A stretch of 64,000 bases of DNA, from contig NIVC01002941.1 of the NCBI GenBank assembly GCA_002269645.1, positions 99,347 to 163,346 on the forward strand, in the 5' to 3' direction. Below the pieces are notes generated by a model. It saw only the letters and a program-made list of their open reading frames with translations. It was not told where the DNA came from and searched no databases. Position 1 is the first letter of the stretch; every line of letters begins with the position of its first letter. Positions 25,666-38,184 of the stretch are shown piece after piece. Position numbers and translations under genes: made by a program. Source of the stretch: Macrostomum lignano. Its lineage: Eukaryota.

Positions 25666-28600
25666 ATGACTAAGCTCCACGCTGCCAAAGGAGCGACATT
25701 CTGTCTGCAAATAAATTTACAGCATTGCGTATCTGCGTCAGTAAATCTGATGAAGATTGCTGAGCTGTACAGGCCAGGCCTCATCCTGATCCAGGAACCC
25801 TGGATGCGCAACGGTAAGTTGCCCAACATTCCCTCTGGCTACTCTGAATTTTATGTGTGTGGCCCGGGGAACAACCGCCCTAGAGCGGCTATCCTCGCTG
25901 CTAGCCATCTCCAGGCTTGGCTGAGGACTGATCTCTCTGATGGAGACCTTTGCGTCATCCAATCTAATAATTTCTCTCCGCGTACGTGTCTTGTTGCCTC
26001 GGTTTATATCCCAGGCGACAGAGACCCTGCTCCTGAGAGTTTACTGCGCCTCGCGCAGTACTGCGAGTCCCAGAACGCTGAGCTGTGCTTAGGGGGCGAC
26101 CTCAACGCGCACCACAAGCACTGGGGCAGCAAAGATACCAACACTAGAGGAGAGGAGCTTCTGGCCCTCATCTCTAACACAAACCTCATGCTCTGCAACC
26201 GCGGCAGCACTCCTACCTTTAATAATGGCAGATGGACCGAGGTCCTCGACGCCACACTCGTTACCCCAAGATTCTTTGACAGAGTTGAGGAGTGGTGAGT
26301 CTGGTCTGAGGAGCCCTCCCTGTCTGACCACTGCTTTATCGCCTTTAATATCGCGGACACTAAAACCCAGTCTCCGATCACTTGGAGGCGCAATATCCGC
26401 AACACTGATTGGGCGGCCTACAAGGCTGCCCTTGATCTGCACCTGCAGGAACTCACGGACTTACGTCCGATTGAGACCTGCGAGGATGTGGATCATATGG
26501 CTGAGACGCTGACAGGTTGCATTATTGCAGCCTACGAAGCGGCTTGTCCTGCTCGCGCCTACAAAGGCAAGACCTCGGCGCCGTGGTGGAACCCGGAGCT
26601 GGGGAAACTCAGGCGGAAGGCCAAAAGCCTTCATCGCCGTGCCATGAAGACCGGAAACCCGGAGGACATGGAGCTTTTCCGGCAAGCCTCCCGCAATTTC
26701 AAATCTGAAGTGCGCAAGGCCAAGGAATGTAAGTGGCGCCAATTCTGCAATGAATTGGATCAAGACAGACCTACTTCTAGGCTTGTCAAGGCCCTTACAA
26801 TAGACAAAATTTCCAAATTAGCCATGATCAGAAAAGATGATGGCTCTCTTACTAAAGACCCTGAAGAAGTGCTTCAGCATATGCTCAGCACATTCTTCCC
26901 GAGGGTACCTACTGCTAGACCGGAGCCCAACCATTCGATGGATGGAGCCACCCTAGCGGCGGGCATTGTCACTGAAGACCTAATCGCTCGTGCGGTCAGA
27001 ACCTTCAAACCCTTCAAATCTCCTGGACCTGATGGTATCTACCCTGTTCTCCTTCGTGAAGCAGCCAAGATACCCTCGTTCCTGAGACTCACCCGCAATC
27101 TTATGCGGGCCTCTATCCAGCTGGGATACGTTCCCAAATGCTGGACTGAAGCTCGGGTAGTCTTTATTCCCAAACCTGGGAAGGGTGACTACCAAAGCGT
27201 CAAGGCCTTCCGGCCAATTAGCTTAACGTCAGCAATGCTTAAGCTCACGGAGAGGCTTATTCTCTGGCGGCTGCTCTCCTGCGAGCTGACAGCGATGCCC
27301 CTCAGCAATAATCAGCACGCCTTCCGTACCGGGAGGTCGACTGACAGCGCCCTGCATGCGATTGTCGAGAAGATTGAACGGGCGGTACTGGGTGACGGTT
27401 ACGCCCTGGCTCTCTTTCTTGACATTGTTGGCGCCTTCGACAACGTTATCTTTGAAGCGTTTCAGAGGGCCCTTCAAAATCGCAAAGCTCATGCTACCCT
27501 CATACGGTGGATCATGTACATGATCTCCAACCGTACGGTCACTGCCCAACTTCTTGGGCAAACTGCCTCCACCAGAGTCTGTAAGGGTGGACCCCAAGGC
27601 AGAGTCCTCACCCCGACGCTCTGGAACCTGGTCATGGACGCTCTTCTGAGTGACTCCCGACCCGACCCCGTCTTCAAAGTCGGGTATGCTGATGACGTCA
27701 CGGCCATTGTGGCAGGACCGTCTCCCAGCACGCTCAGGGATCTGATGCAGAGCTTTATCTGCAAAGCAGAATCCTGGGCCAATGACAATGGTCTGGAACT
27801 CTCTGAGCCCAAAACCGTTGCCATTATGTTTACCAGCAGACTACGCTGGAACATACGTCCTCTGCAGCTCTACGGCAGAGATATTGCCTTCGCGCACCAG
27901 ACCAGATGTCTCGGGGTCACACTTGACCACCGGCTTAACTGGTCCTTCCACGTGAAAGCAAAAGCCAAGCGTGCCTCAGCCATCCTGGCCCAGCTCCGAC
28001 GAGCACTTGGCACTTCTTGGGGTCTATCCCCAAAGCGGCTTTGGTGGATCTATACTTCCGTAGTTAGACCTGCCATTACGTACGCCTCTGTTGTCTGGGT
28101 TAGCGCTACCCAGGTCAAAAGCCATGCAGACCTGCTCAACAAGATCCAAGGCAGAGCGTGTAGGCTCATCTGCAACGCCACCAGGTCCACGCCCTTTGCT
28201 GGCATGGGGGCCTTCCTTAATCTACCGCCTCTTGACCTCTTCGTCAGGGGTGAGGCGGCTAGAACGACGCGGCGTCTAATTGATGCCGGCGTCAAATTCA
28301 TTTACATGAGAGCACCTGCTAAGCGGAACCTTGTCCCGCATAGCGACCTGTGCCTCAACTTTCTCAACGAGTGTCAGGCCAATCGCGTCTTCACCGATGG
28401 CATTGCCTCAACGCTCAACCTGAGACAGCGCTACTCCGTAGCTATCGACTCGCGCGATAACATCAATGACCAATGGAACCTTGGTGAGCTTCATTGCTAC
28501 ACCGACGGTTCTAAGCAGTCAGCCAACACCGGCTTTGGTGTTGGAATCTTTCTGAACGGGAGGGTCATCGCTACCCACGCTCAATACACTGGGGTCAACT

Positions 28601-29410
28601 CCAGTGTTTTCCAAAATGAAGTTCTGGCAATCAGCTCCTGCACTGCAGAGCTTCTCGCCACTGGCGTTATTGGCAAGAACATCATTTTCCATTCGGACAG
28701 CCAAGCTGCCTTGCACGCCATCAGTGGCTGCAGCACCAACTCTGCTACAGTCCTTGACTGTATCAAACTCCTCAATGTGTTGCGTTCCGCCAACAAAATT
28801 ACCCTTAAGTGGGTTCCGGGGCATGTGGGGATCCGAGGAAATGAGTTGGCTGACTGACACCCTTGCAAAAGTTGGTGCCTCCGGCTCCTCTCTCGGCCCC
28901 GAACCCCTTGTCCCGATTCCTGGCTGTGTCATCGACTCGCGCATCAAAGCGTGGATCAGGACTCAGCACCGCTCGACTTGGGCGAACCGCACGAACTGCA
29001 GGCAATCCAGAGGCGCTGTCCCTCAGCCCTCTCACCAGCTCCGGAAGCTCCTCTTGCGCCTCTCGCGCAGAGACATCCGGGCTGCCACCATGACCCTCTC
29101 TGGTCACGGCTGCTTCTCCAGGCACCAGTACCTGCAGGGCAACGCCAACAACGCCACCTGTAGTTTCTGCAACTCAGGTGACGAAACTGCTGAGCATTTC
29201 GTAAGCATCTGTCCCGCCTTCACGCGGGCCAGACTCACTTACCTCGGGCCACACACATGTATTACTGAAGCGTGCAAACCCGAAAACTTTAATCAGCTCA
29301 CGCGCTACCTTCGGGCCACCCGCAGGGCTGAACTCTCCTTTCCAGAGAGCACTATAGCTGCTGGCGACACTGGGGGACCTCCCTGGGCGGCGCCAACCCT
29401 CCGTCCATAG
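25666..29410 (+). pseudogene. LINE ORF2 (APE-RT-RNase H-CCHC) with one premature TGA (26296-26298) and a 4-bp TGAC duplication frameshift (28851-28858)
   Basis: APE: QEPW, GGDLNAHH..WGS, LDAT, SDH. RT: KSPGPDGI, FRPISL, GGPQG, YADD. RNase H: YTDGSK, QNEVLAI, SDSQAAL, WVPGHVGI.GNELAD. C-terminal CSFC...ETAEHFVSIC. Confidence 0.9.
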
Positions 29411-29514
29411 CGACGCGTCGGCCGTTCAGGGATTAGCGGAATGGGCGCCCGCGCCTTCCCGCTGTATCCCCTCCGGGACAGCCCTGCAGCTAAGTCAAGT
29501 AAGTCAAGTAAGTA

Positions 29515-32500
29515 TCTGGGATCTAGGATCTGGGATCTAGGATCTGGGATCTAGGATCTGGGATCTAGGATCTGGGATCTAGGATCTGGGATCTAGGATC
29601 TGGGATCTAGGATCTAGGATATGGGATCTGGGATCTAGGGTCTGGGATCTAGAATCTGAGATCTTAAATCTAGCGTCTCAGATCTAGGATCTGGGATCTA
29701 GGATCTAGGGTCTGGGATCTAGGGTCTGGGATCTAGGATCTGGGATCTAGGATCTGGGATCTAGGATCTGGGATCTAGGATCTGGGATCTGGGATCTAGG
29801 ATCTGGGATCTGGGATCTAGGATCTGGGATCTGGGATCTAGGATCTGGGATCTGGGGTCTGGGATCTAGCGTCTGGGATCTAGGGTCTGGGATCTAGAAT
29901 CTGAGATCTTGAATCTAGCGTCTCAGATCTAGGATCTAGGTTCTAGGATCTGGGATCTGGGATCTAGGATCTGGGATCTGGGATCTGGGATCTAGGGTCT
30001 GCGATCTAGAATCTGAGATCTTAAATCTAGCGTCTCAGATCTAGGATCTGGGATCTAGGATCTAGGGTCTGGGATCTAGGATCTGGGATCTAGGATCTGG
30101 GATCTAGGATCTGGGATCTAGGGTCTGGGATCTAGGGTCTGGGATCTAGAATCTGAGATCTTGAATCTAGCGTCTCAGATCTAGGATCTAGGTTCTAGGA
30201 TCTGGGATCTGGGATCTAGGGTCTGGGATCTAGGATCTGGGATCTAGGATCTGGGATCTAGGATCTGGGATCTAGGATCTGGGATCTGGGATCTGGGATC
30301 TAGGATCTAAGATCTGGGATCTGGGATCTAGGATCTGGGATCTAGGATCTGGGATCTAGGATCTGGGATCTAGGATCTGGGATCTAGGATCTGGGATCTA
30401 GGATCTAGGATCTGGAATCTGGGATCTAGGGTCTGGGATCTAGGGTCTGGGATCTAGGGTCTGGGATCTAGGGTCTGGGATCTAGAATCTGAGATCTTGA
30501 ATCTAGCGTCTCAGATCTAGGATCTAGGTTCTAGGATCTGGGATCTGGGATCTAGGGTCTGGGATCTAGGATCTGGGATCTAGGATCTGGGATCTAGGAT
30601 CTAGGATCTGGAATCTGGGATCTAGGGTCTGGGATCTAGGGTCTGGGATCTAGGGTCTGGGATCTAGGGTCTAGGATCTAGAATCTGAGATCTTGAATCT
30701 AGCGTCTCAGATCTAGGATCTAGGTTCTAGGATCTGGGATCTGGGATCTGGGATCTGGGATCTAGAATCTGGGATCTAGGATCTGGGATCTGGGATCTGG
30801 GATCCAGGATCTGGGATCTAGGATCTAGGATCTAGAACCTGGGATCTAGGATCTGGGATCTAGGATCTAGGCTCTAGGATCTGGGACCTAGCATTTGGGA
30901 TCTGGGCTCTAGTATCTGGGATCTGGGATCTGGGATCTAGGATCTGGGATCTGGGATCTAGGATCTGGGATCTAGGATCTGGGATCTGGGATCTAGGATA
31001 TGGGATCTGGGATCTAGGGTCTGGGATCTAGAATCTGAGATCTTGAATCTGGCGTCTCAGATCTAGGATCTGGGATCTAGGATCTGGGATCTAGGATCTG
31101 GGATCTAGGATCTGGGATCTAGGATCTGGGATCTAGGATCTGGGATCTAGGATCTGGGATCTAGGATCTGGGATCTAGGATCTGGGATCTGGGATCTAGG
31201 GTCTGGGATCTAGGATCTGGGATCTAGGATCTAGGGTCTGGGATCTAGGATCTGGGATCTGGGATCTAGGATCTGGGATCTAGGATCTGGGATCTGGGAT
31301 CTAGGGTCTGGGATCTAGGGTCTGGGATCTAGAATCTGAGATCTTGAATCTAGCGTCTCAGATCTAGGATCTAGGTTCTAGGATCTGGGATCTGGGATCT
31401 AGGGTCTGGGATCTAGGATCTGGGATCTAGGATCTGGGATCTAGGATCTGGGATCTGGGATCTGGGATCTAGGATCTGGGATCTGGGATCTAGGGTCTGG
31501 GATCTAGAATCTGAGATCTTGAATCTAGGATCTAGGTTCTAGGATCTAGGATCTGGGATCTAGGGTCTGGGATCTAGGATCTGGGATCTGGGATCTAGGG
31601 TCTGGGATCTAGAATCTGAGATCTTGAATCTAGCGTCTCAGATCTAGGATCTAGGTTCTAGGATCTGGGATCTGGGATCTAGGGTCTGGGATCTAGGATC
31701 TGGGATCTAGGATCTGGGATCTAGGATCTGGGATCTGGGATCTGGGATCTAGGATCTGGGATCTGGGATCTAGGATCTGGGATCTAGGCTCTGGGATCTG
31801 GGATCTAGGGTCTGGGATCTAGAATCTGAGATCTTGAATCTAGCGTCTCAGATCTAGGATCTGGGATCTAGGATCTGGGATCTGGGATCTGGGATCTAGG
31901 GTCTGGGATCTAGGATCTGGGATCTAGGATCTGGGATCTAGGATCTGGGATCTAGGATCTGGGATCTAGGATCTAGGATCTAGGATCTGTGATCTAGGGT
32001 CTGGGATCTAGGGTCTGGGATCTAGGATCTGGGATCTGGGATCTAGGATCTGGGATCTAGGATCTGGGGTCTAAGATCTGGGGTCTAGGATCTGGGATCT
32101 AGGATCTGGGATCTAGGATCTGGGATCTAGGGTCTGGGATCTAGGATCTGGGATCTAGGATCTGGGATCTGGGATCTAGGGTCTGGGATCTAGGGTCTGG
32201 GATCTAGAATCTGAGATCTTGAATCTAGCGTCTCAGATCTAGGATCTAGGTTCTAGGATCTGGGATCTGGGATCTAGGGTCTGGGATCTAGGATCTGGGA
32301 TCTAGGATCTGGGATCTAGGATCTGGGATCTGGGATCTGGGATCTAGGATCTGGGATCTGGGATCTAGGGTCTGGGATCTAGAATCTGAGATCTTGAATC
32401 TAGGATCTAGGTTCTAGGATCTAGGATCTGGGATCTAGGGTCTGGGATCTAGGATCTGGGATCTGGGATCTAGGGTCTGGGATCTAGAATCTGAGATCTT

Positions 32501-33108
32501 GAATCTAGCGTCTCAGATCTAGGATCTAGGTTCTAGGATCTGGGATCTGGGATCTAGGGTCTGGGATCTAGGATCTGGGATCTAGGATCTGGGATCTAGG
32601 ATCTGGGATCTGGGATCTGGGATCTAGGATCTGGGATCTGGGATCTAGGATCTGGGATCTAGGATCTGGGATCTGGGATCTAGGGTCTGGGATCTAGAAT
32701 CTGAGATCTTGAATCTAGCGTCTCAGATCTAGGATCTGGGATCTAGGATCTGGGATCTGGGATCTGGGATCTAGGGTCTGGGATCTAGGATCTGGGATCT
32801 AGGATCTGGGATCTAGGATCTGGGATCTAGGATCTGGGATCTAGGATCTAGGATCTAGGATCTGTGATCTAGGGTCTGGGATCTAGGGTCTGGGATCTAG
32901 GATCTGGGATCTGGGATCTAGGATCTGGGATCTAGGATCTGGGGTCTAAGATCTGGGGTCTAGGATCTGGGATCTAGGATCTGGGATCTAGGTTCTGGGA
33001 TCTATGGTCTAGGATCTGGGATCTGGGGCCTAGGATCTATGGTCTGGGATCTATGGTCTGGGATCTAGGATCTGGGATCTAGGGTCTGGGATCTAGGATC
33101 TGGGATCT
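29515..33108. repeat. GGATCT[G/A]G satellite, right arm (~3.6 kb), with recurring hairpin-variant monomers and higher-order blocks
   Basis: Read directly. Confidence 0.97.
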
Positions 33109-33944
33109 AAGGATGTTTTTATTTGAGGTAAGTCATTTCTGATCTGTAGCTGGCTAGAGAATGACAGGGAGGGGGTAGATGGAGAGTATCTCATGACTGC
33201 TCCCCGGATTATAAACAGTGGAGAGGAAGCGAGAGACAGAGTGTGCAGGGAAAATTCGGTTCGGAGAAGAAGAGACCTGCCCCAATCTTGAAGCAACAAT
33301 ATTCGGGCTGATGGCAGCTCAACTTATCAGGTTTGTTCTCCAATTCACAGTCACAATTGACTACTTGCTGGCTTCTCAGTTTCTCCAAGGCAGGCATGGG
33401 AATAATGAATGCAAGCAGCGAGGTAGCTGACTCAGGCAATTTCCGCTGTTGTGAGCTGATCGCTGCTGCTAGGCGTGGCGGATAGCGGAATCCCAACTAG
33501 AGCAGCTGTCGTATTTAGTCACGGCATGGTCTTAGCAGCTGTGAGGCGGAAATCTCAGTCAATATTTGCTCCAGGATGTTTTTTTGCGTTGTTGTCACTG
33601 GCTGTAAAGTGCGGTCCGACCTAGCTTGAGATCCCTGTCTGAGAACTGCGAGAGCCTCTCCAGTGCATGACACAGAAAGGATTTAACTCAAGCAAAAGTA
33701 TACAAGCAGCAACACAGACGTAACTTTTATGTTTTTATATTTTGATAAACAGTTATAACAAATAACTGATAAAATAATACAAGGATTTTGTACCAGTATA
33801 CAGCCAAGCCGCTTGAATATCTGTTGCGGTGCACGTGGGATTAAAGTTGCCTACAAATAACACGAAACTTGTTTGCGAGGGGGTAGGTGATATCAATAAA
33901 ATGAATTACTCATGAATTTTTGCAATCTGAACAGCTGAAACTGA

Positions 33945-34590
33945 AATACAGAAATTTTCTCAGGGGTGGGGTCATTAACCCTAATTTTCTCAGGGGTGAA
34001 GTCATGACCCCTAATTTTCTCAAGGGTGGGGTCATGACCACTAATTTTCTCAGGGGTGGGGTCATGAACCCTAATTTTCTCAGGGGCGGGGTCATAACCC
34101 CTAATTTTCTCAGGGGTGGGGTCATGACCCCTAATTTTCTCAGGGGTGGGGTCATGACGCCTAATTTTCTCAGGGTGGGGTCATGACCCCCTAATTTTCT
34201 CAGGGGTGGGGTCATGAACCCTAATTTTCTCAGGGGTGGGGTCATGGACCCTAATTTTCTCAGGGGTGGGGTCATGAACCCTAATTTTCTCAGGGGCGGG
34301 GTCATGAACCCTAATTATCTCAGGGGCGGGGTCATGACGCCTAATTTTCTCAGGGTGGGGTCATGACCCCTTAATTTTCTCAGGGTGGGGTCATGACCCC
34401 TTAATTTTCTCAGGGGCGGGGTCATAACCCCTAATTTTCTCAGGGGCGGGGTCATGAACCCTAATTTTCTCAGGGGCGGGGTCATGACGCCTAATTTTCT
34501 CAGGGTGGGGTCATGACCCCCTAATTTTCTCAGGGGCGGGGTCATAAACCCTAATTTTCTCACGGGCGGGGTTCAGGACCCCCTAATTTT
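33945..34590. repeat. 30-bp G-rich minisatellite (CCCTAATTTTCTCAGGGGTGGGGTCATGAA)
   Basis: Read directly. Confidence 0.93.
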
Positions 34591-35421
34591 TTCAGGGAGG
34601 AGTCCGCCGACTCCCTTGTCGCCCCCCCCCTAGATACGTCAGTGGTAAAAAGCAGAAAAATGTAGCAAAACACGTGCAACATTCCGGATAAAATTGAAGA
34701 TACACAAAGAAATCACAAACAAAAATATCGTTGGATAATAGCATAATTCTTTTTTTCAAAAAACATTTCTGACTTTACCAAGTCTGACTAGTTTAAAAAT
34801 ACACCGATCAAAAGTTTTACAGCCTTCCGCCAACTTGCATAAATGTACGAGTGTAGTAAAACAAAAAACGCAGCGCATCGAAAGAGTTAAACAAAATAAT
34901 TTTTTCACGAAATTTTTAACAAAAAACTTTCTTAGAAATGGGGCAAATTTGATTTATATAACAACTGTCGATGAGTTGCGGATTAAATAATGCATAAATA
35001 TAGATTAAAAAATAAAAAAATAAACTGATATTAGAGCAAACATAGTTCACACGCATACAATTTTATAAGCCATTTGTACAGCGTTACAAGCGCTGCATCA
35101 AATTATAATATTGAAAAAGCGGAAACAAAAACTGCCTACAGATTTCACCAAACCGACTCAAAAGCGGACTATAAAGCTACGGAAAACTTTTTACAACAGC
35201 CATGCGCGCGTGCAATCAATCGTGCAGTCTTGCAATGCGGACGCTTCGTTTCTTCTGTAGTTTATTGGAATTGAAGTTCGAATTGCTTATTAAATATTCG
35301 ACTTGGGCGTCCCAACTATGGTCGCGCAATGTTTCACTGAATCATTGTTACTTTGCTCTCCTCTCCAGGTTCGCCTTTCTCGTACCTGAGTTGAGTGAAG
35401 TCGGTTCGCGGCTTTATTCTT

Positions 35422-35516
35422 AACTAACTAAATGACTAACAAACAAACAAACAAACTAACTAACTAACTAACTAACCAACTAACTAACTAACCAACTAAC
35501 TAACAAACAAACAAAC

Positions 35517-35557
<41 letters not shown>

Positions 35558-35579
35558 CACTAACTAACTAACTGACTAG

Positions 35580-35613
<34 letters not shown>

Positions 35614-35614
35614 C

Positions 35615-35661
<47 letters not shown>

Positions 35662-35662
35662 C

Positions 35663-35713
<51 letters not shown>

Positions 35714-35785
35714 CACTAACTAACTAACTAACTAACTCACTAACTAACTAACTAACTTACTAACTAACTAATTAACTAACTAACC

Positions 35786-35841
<56 letters not shown>

Positions 35842-35842
35842 C

Positions 35843-35881
<39 letters not shown>

Positions 35882-35921
35882 CACTAACTAACTAACTAAC
35901 TGACCAATTAACTAACTAACC

Positions 35922-35961
<40 letters not shown>

Positions 35962-35962
35962 C

Positions 35963-36001
<39 letters not shown>

Positions 36002-36002
36002 C

Positions 36003-36054
<52 letters not shown>

Positions 36055-36087
36055 GCTAGCTAACTAACTAACTAACTAACTAACCAA
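35422..36087. repeat. (TAAC)n microsatellite
   Basis: Read directly. Confidence 0.97.
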
Positions 36088-36102
36088 TAGAAAACCTCTC
36101 TC

Positions 36103-37323
36103 TCACCTGACTGTCAAGTCAGCGTCGCGGTCGACACGGTCGACGTCTTCAGCCTCGTGAACTTCGCATTCGGTTTCAGTAGTCCCGTTATTTGAGGCGG
36201 CGGCGCCGGTCTCGGCAATCATCGCAGCCTCCTGATTGGTCCCGGTGGCCTCGTTGTTGTCCTCCGTCAGGTTGTCATCCTGAATTCCGTCCTCAGGTCC
36301 GACGTGGCCACCGTTCTGACGCTGGCGGCTCTTGTCGACGGTGGAGTACCGGTAGGACGTGTTCAGCCGCGAGTCACTCCGAGCGGCATTGGGGGGCCGC
36401 TTCGGGAACAAGCAGGGCAGGATGTTGCGGAACTCGTTCTGGAAGTTGGCGTTCATCCAGCCGTACAGGAACGGGTTGTACATCACGGAGCTCATGGCCA
36501 GCAGGTGGCACACGAAGAAGAGGCTGCGGAACAGGCCCTCCGAGGTTATGCCGACATCGTTCAGCATCCACAGCAGGTTCAGCGGGATCCAGCACACCAC
36601 GAAGATGACCACCATGGCGATGAGCATCCGGTTGGTGCGCCGCTTCCTGCGGATGTCCAGCTCCTCCTTGCTGCGCGACTTCTTGGCCAGAGTTTTCTTG
36701 TGGCGATTCTTCAAGCTGATGCTCACCTTGGAGTAGCAGGCCGTGATGATGGAGCAAGGAATGAGGAACTGCAGCACGAAGCTGATCACGGTGAAGACTG
36801 GCCGGTATTCGGGCTTCCAGTCCTCCACGCAGCTCTCCGTTGCCGCCTCGTCCGAGGACTTCACGCGCTGGAACACGGCGATGGGCAGGCTGATGAGCAC
36901 GGCCACCAGCCAGATGATCACCACGATGAGCAGGCAGAGGCCCGTCTTCATCCGGGGCACGAACGGGTGCACAATCATGCAGTAGCGTTCAACGGCGATG
37001 GCCGTTGAAGTCAGGGTCGACACGTACACGGAGACGCCCATGGTCATCGGCATGAGCTTGCAAACTGCGCCCGGCAGCGTCCAGGTCTGCATGAACATCA
37101 CCGTCGGCGTCAGCGGCACGTTCACCGTGCTCATGATGACGTCAGAGATGGCCAGGTTGGTGATGAGGATGTTGGTGATGGTCTGCATGCTGCGCTTCCT
37201 CAGTACAACTGTGATCACCAGCAGGTTGCCCAGGGTGCCGAGCATGCAGATGATGGAGTAGAACAGGACGCACAGCGACTTCACCCACATCGGGTGGGTG
37301 GGGATGGTCGCGTTGTGGCTCAT
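36103..37323 (-). CDS. Class A neuropeptide GPCR, NPY/sNPF/prolactin-releasing-peptide receptor type (~406 aa)
   Basis: Seven hydrophobic helices; GN (TM1), NLAISD (TM2), AVERY (TM3), CWIPLN (TM6), HLLAMSSVMYNPFLYGWMN (TM7). The likely start is MSHNAT, which carries an N-glycosylation sequon; the track's upstream extension runs into a repeat. Confidence 0.92.
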   Translation of the reverse strand: MSHNATIPTHPMWVKSLCVLFYSIICMLGTLGNLLVITVVLRKRSMQTITNILITNLAISDVIMSTVNVPLTPTVMFMQTWTLPGAVCKLMPMTMGVSVYVSTLTSTAIAVERYCMIVHPFVPRMKTGLCLLIVVIIWLVAVLISLPIAVFQRVKSSDEAATESCVEDWKPEYRPVFTVISFVLQFLIPCSIITACYSKVSISLKNRHKKTLAKKSRSKEELDIRRKRRTNRMLIAMVVIFVVCWIPLNLLWMLNDVGITSEGLFRSLFFVCHLLAMSSVMYNPFLYGWMNANFQNEFRNILPCLFPKRPPNAARSDSRLNTSYRYSTVDKSRQRQNGGHVGPEDGIQDDNLTEDNNEATGTNQEAAMIAETGAAASNNGTTETECEVHEAEDVDRVDRDADLTVR

Positions 37324-37569
37324 TGCAGGCGGGTGACTCGGTCTGGGTTTAATGGAATGGGTGGCTACGCGTGTATACAGACAGCACTCAGCAACGGTTG
37401 AGGCTGACCCCGCCTGACTCGGACAGACATTATCAGTCAGAAGACGCGGGTCACGAGCACGCAAAAGTGGCGTCCGTGGTGGTGGCATCAGGGAGGCGCA
37501 GCCAGGTACTTTCCTATGTGTGCATGCAACCCGGAGTTCGATTCCTGCTCGCGCGGTCACATTACTGTG

Positions 37570-37745
37570 AAATGGCGCCAGAGCTATATACTGTGGAATG
37601 GTGCCAGAGCTATACACTGTGGAATGGCGCCAGAGCTATGCTGTGAAATGGCGCCAGAGCTATACTGTAAAATGGCGCCAGAGCTATACTGTAAAATGGC
37701 GCCAGAGCTATACTGTAAAATGGCGCCAGAGCTATACCGTGAAAT
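37570..37745. repeat. 24-bp repeat (CTATACTGTAAAATGGCGCCAGAG)
   Basis: Read directly. Confidence 0.9.
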
Positions 37746-38184
37746 GTGGTTACCAAACCTTGATCTAAGGCTCAAAAATAGTTCTGGCTTCAAAACGCAT
37801 TGAGCTGCATATTTTATTAATAGAACTCCAAAAAAAGAGTTGAGTGCAATTCTCACTTGAATAAAACTTCAATTTGCCTTTCGTTGGCAGGCAGGCTAAG
37901 GCAGAGTCTGCTCCAGCATATGCAAATATGCCAGCCCAGTGCCAATACGAGAACTGGGTTGGGTAAGTTTGCTCAGGGGATTAATAAGTGTCTTCATATT
38001 GCTGCTGCCATTAATGATTGGGTTGATTGATTGGCGCTGTCCTGAGGAATTCATTATCAATCATCAGGCTTACTACTCTCCTAATTATGATGATTTGACA
38101 GCATCATCAAGGCTCTGGACTCTCTGTAGATCGCATCCGATAAAGTAATTCGGCAGCCTTGATGACTTCAGCGACTGCATCGGA

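Larger units (their letters stand above)
24734..29514 (+). mobile_element. 5'-truncated non-LTR retrotransposon, LOA/R1 (I-group) type with APE, RT, RNase H and CCHC
   Basis: ORF1 remnant is open through the 5' junction. ORF2 has the APE, RT and RNase H motifs listed below. 3' tail is (TAAGTCAAG)2-TAAGTA; TCTGGGATC flanks both ends (possible TSD). Confidence 0.92.

Noticed and set aside
34580-34630. GCCCCCCCCCTAGATACGTCAGTGG resembling a MITE terminus
   Set aside because: No matching opposite end or TSD could be identified by eye.
35422-36087. (TAAC)n/(TTAG)n as an interstitial telomere
   Set aside because: A tetranucleotide, not TTAGGG or TTAGG; an ordinary microsatellite.
37324-37617. 98-aa N-terminal extension of the GPCR ORF
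   Set aside because: Starts inside a 24-bp repeat at a non-ATG codon; MSHNAT at 37323 is the more plausible start.
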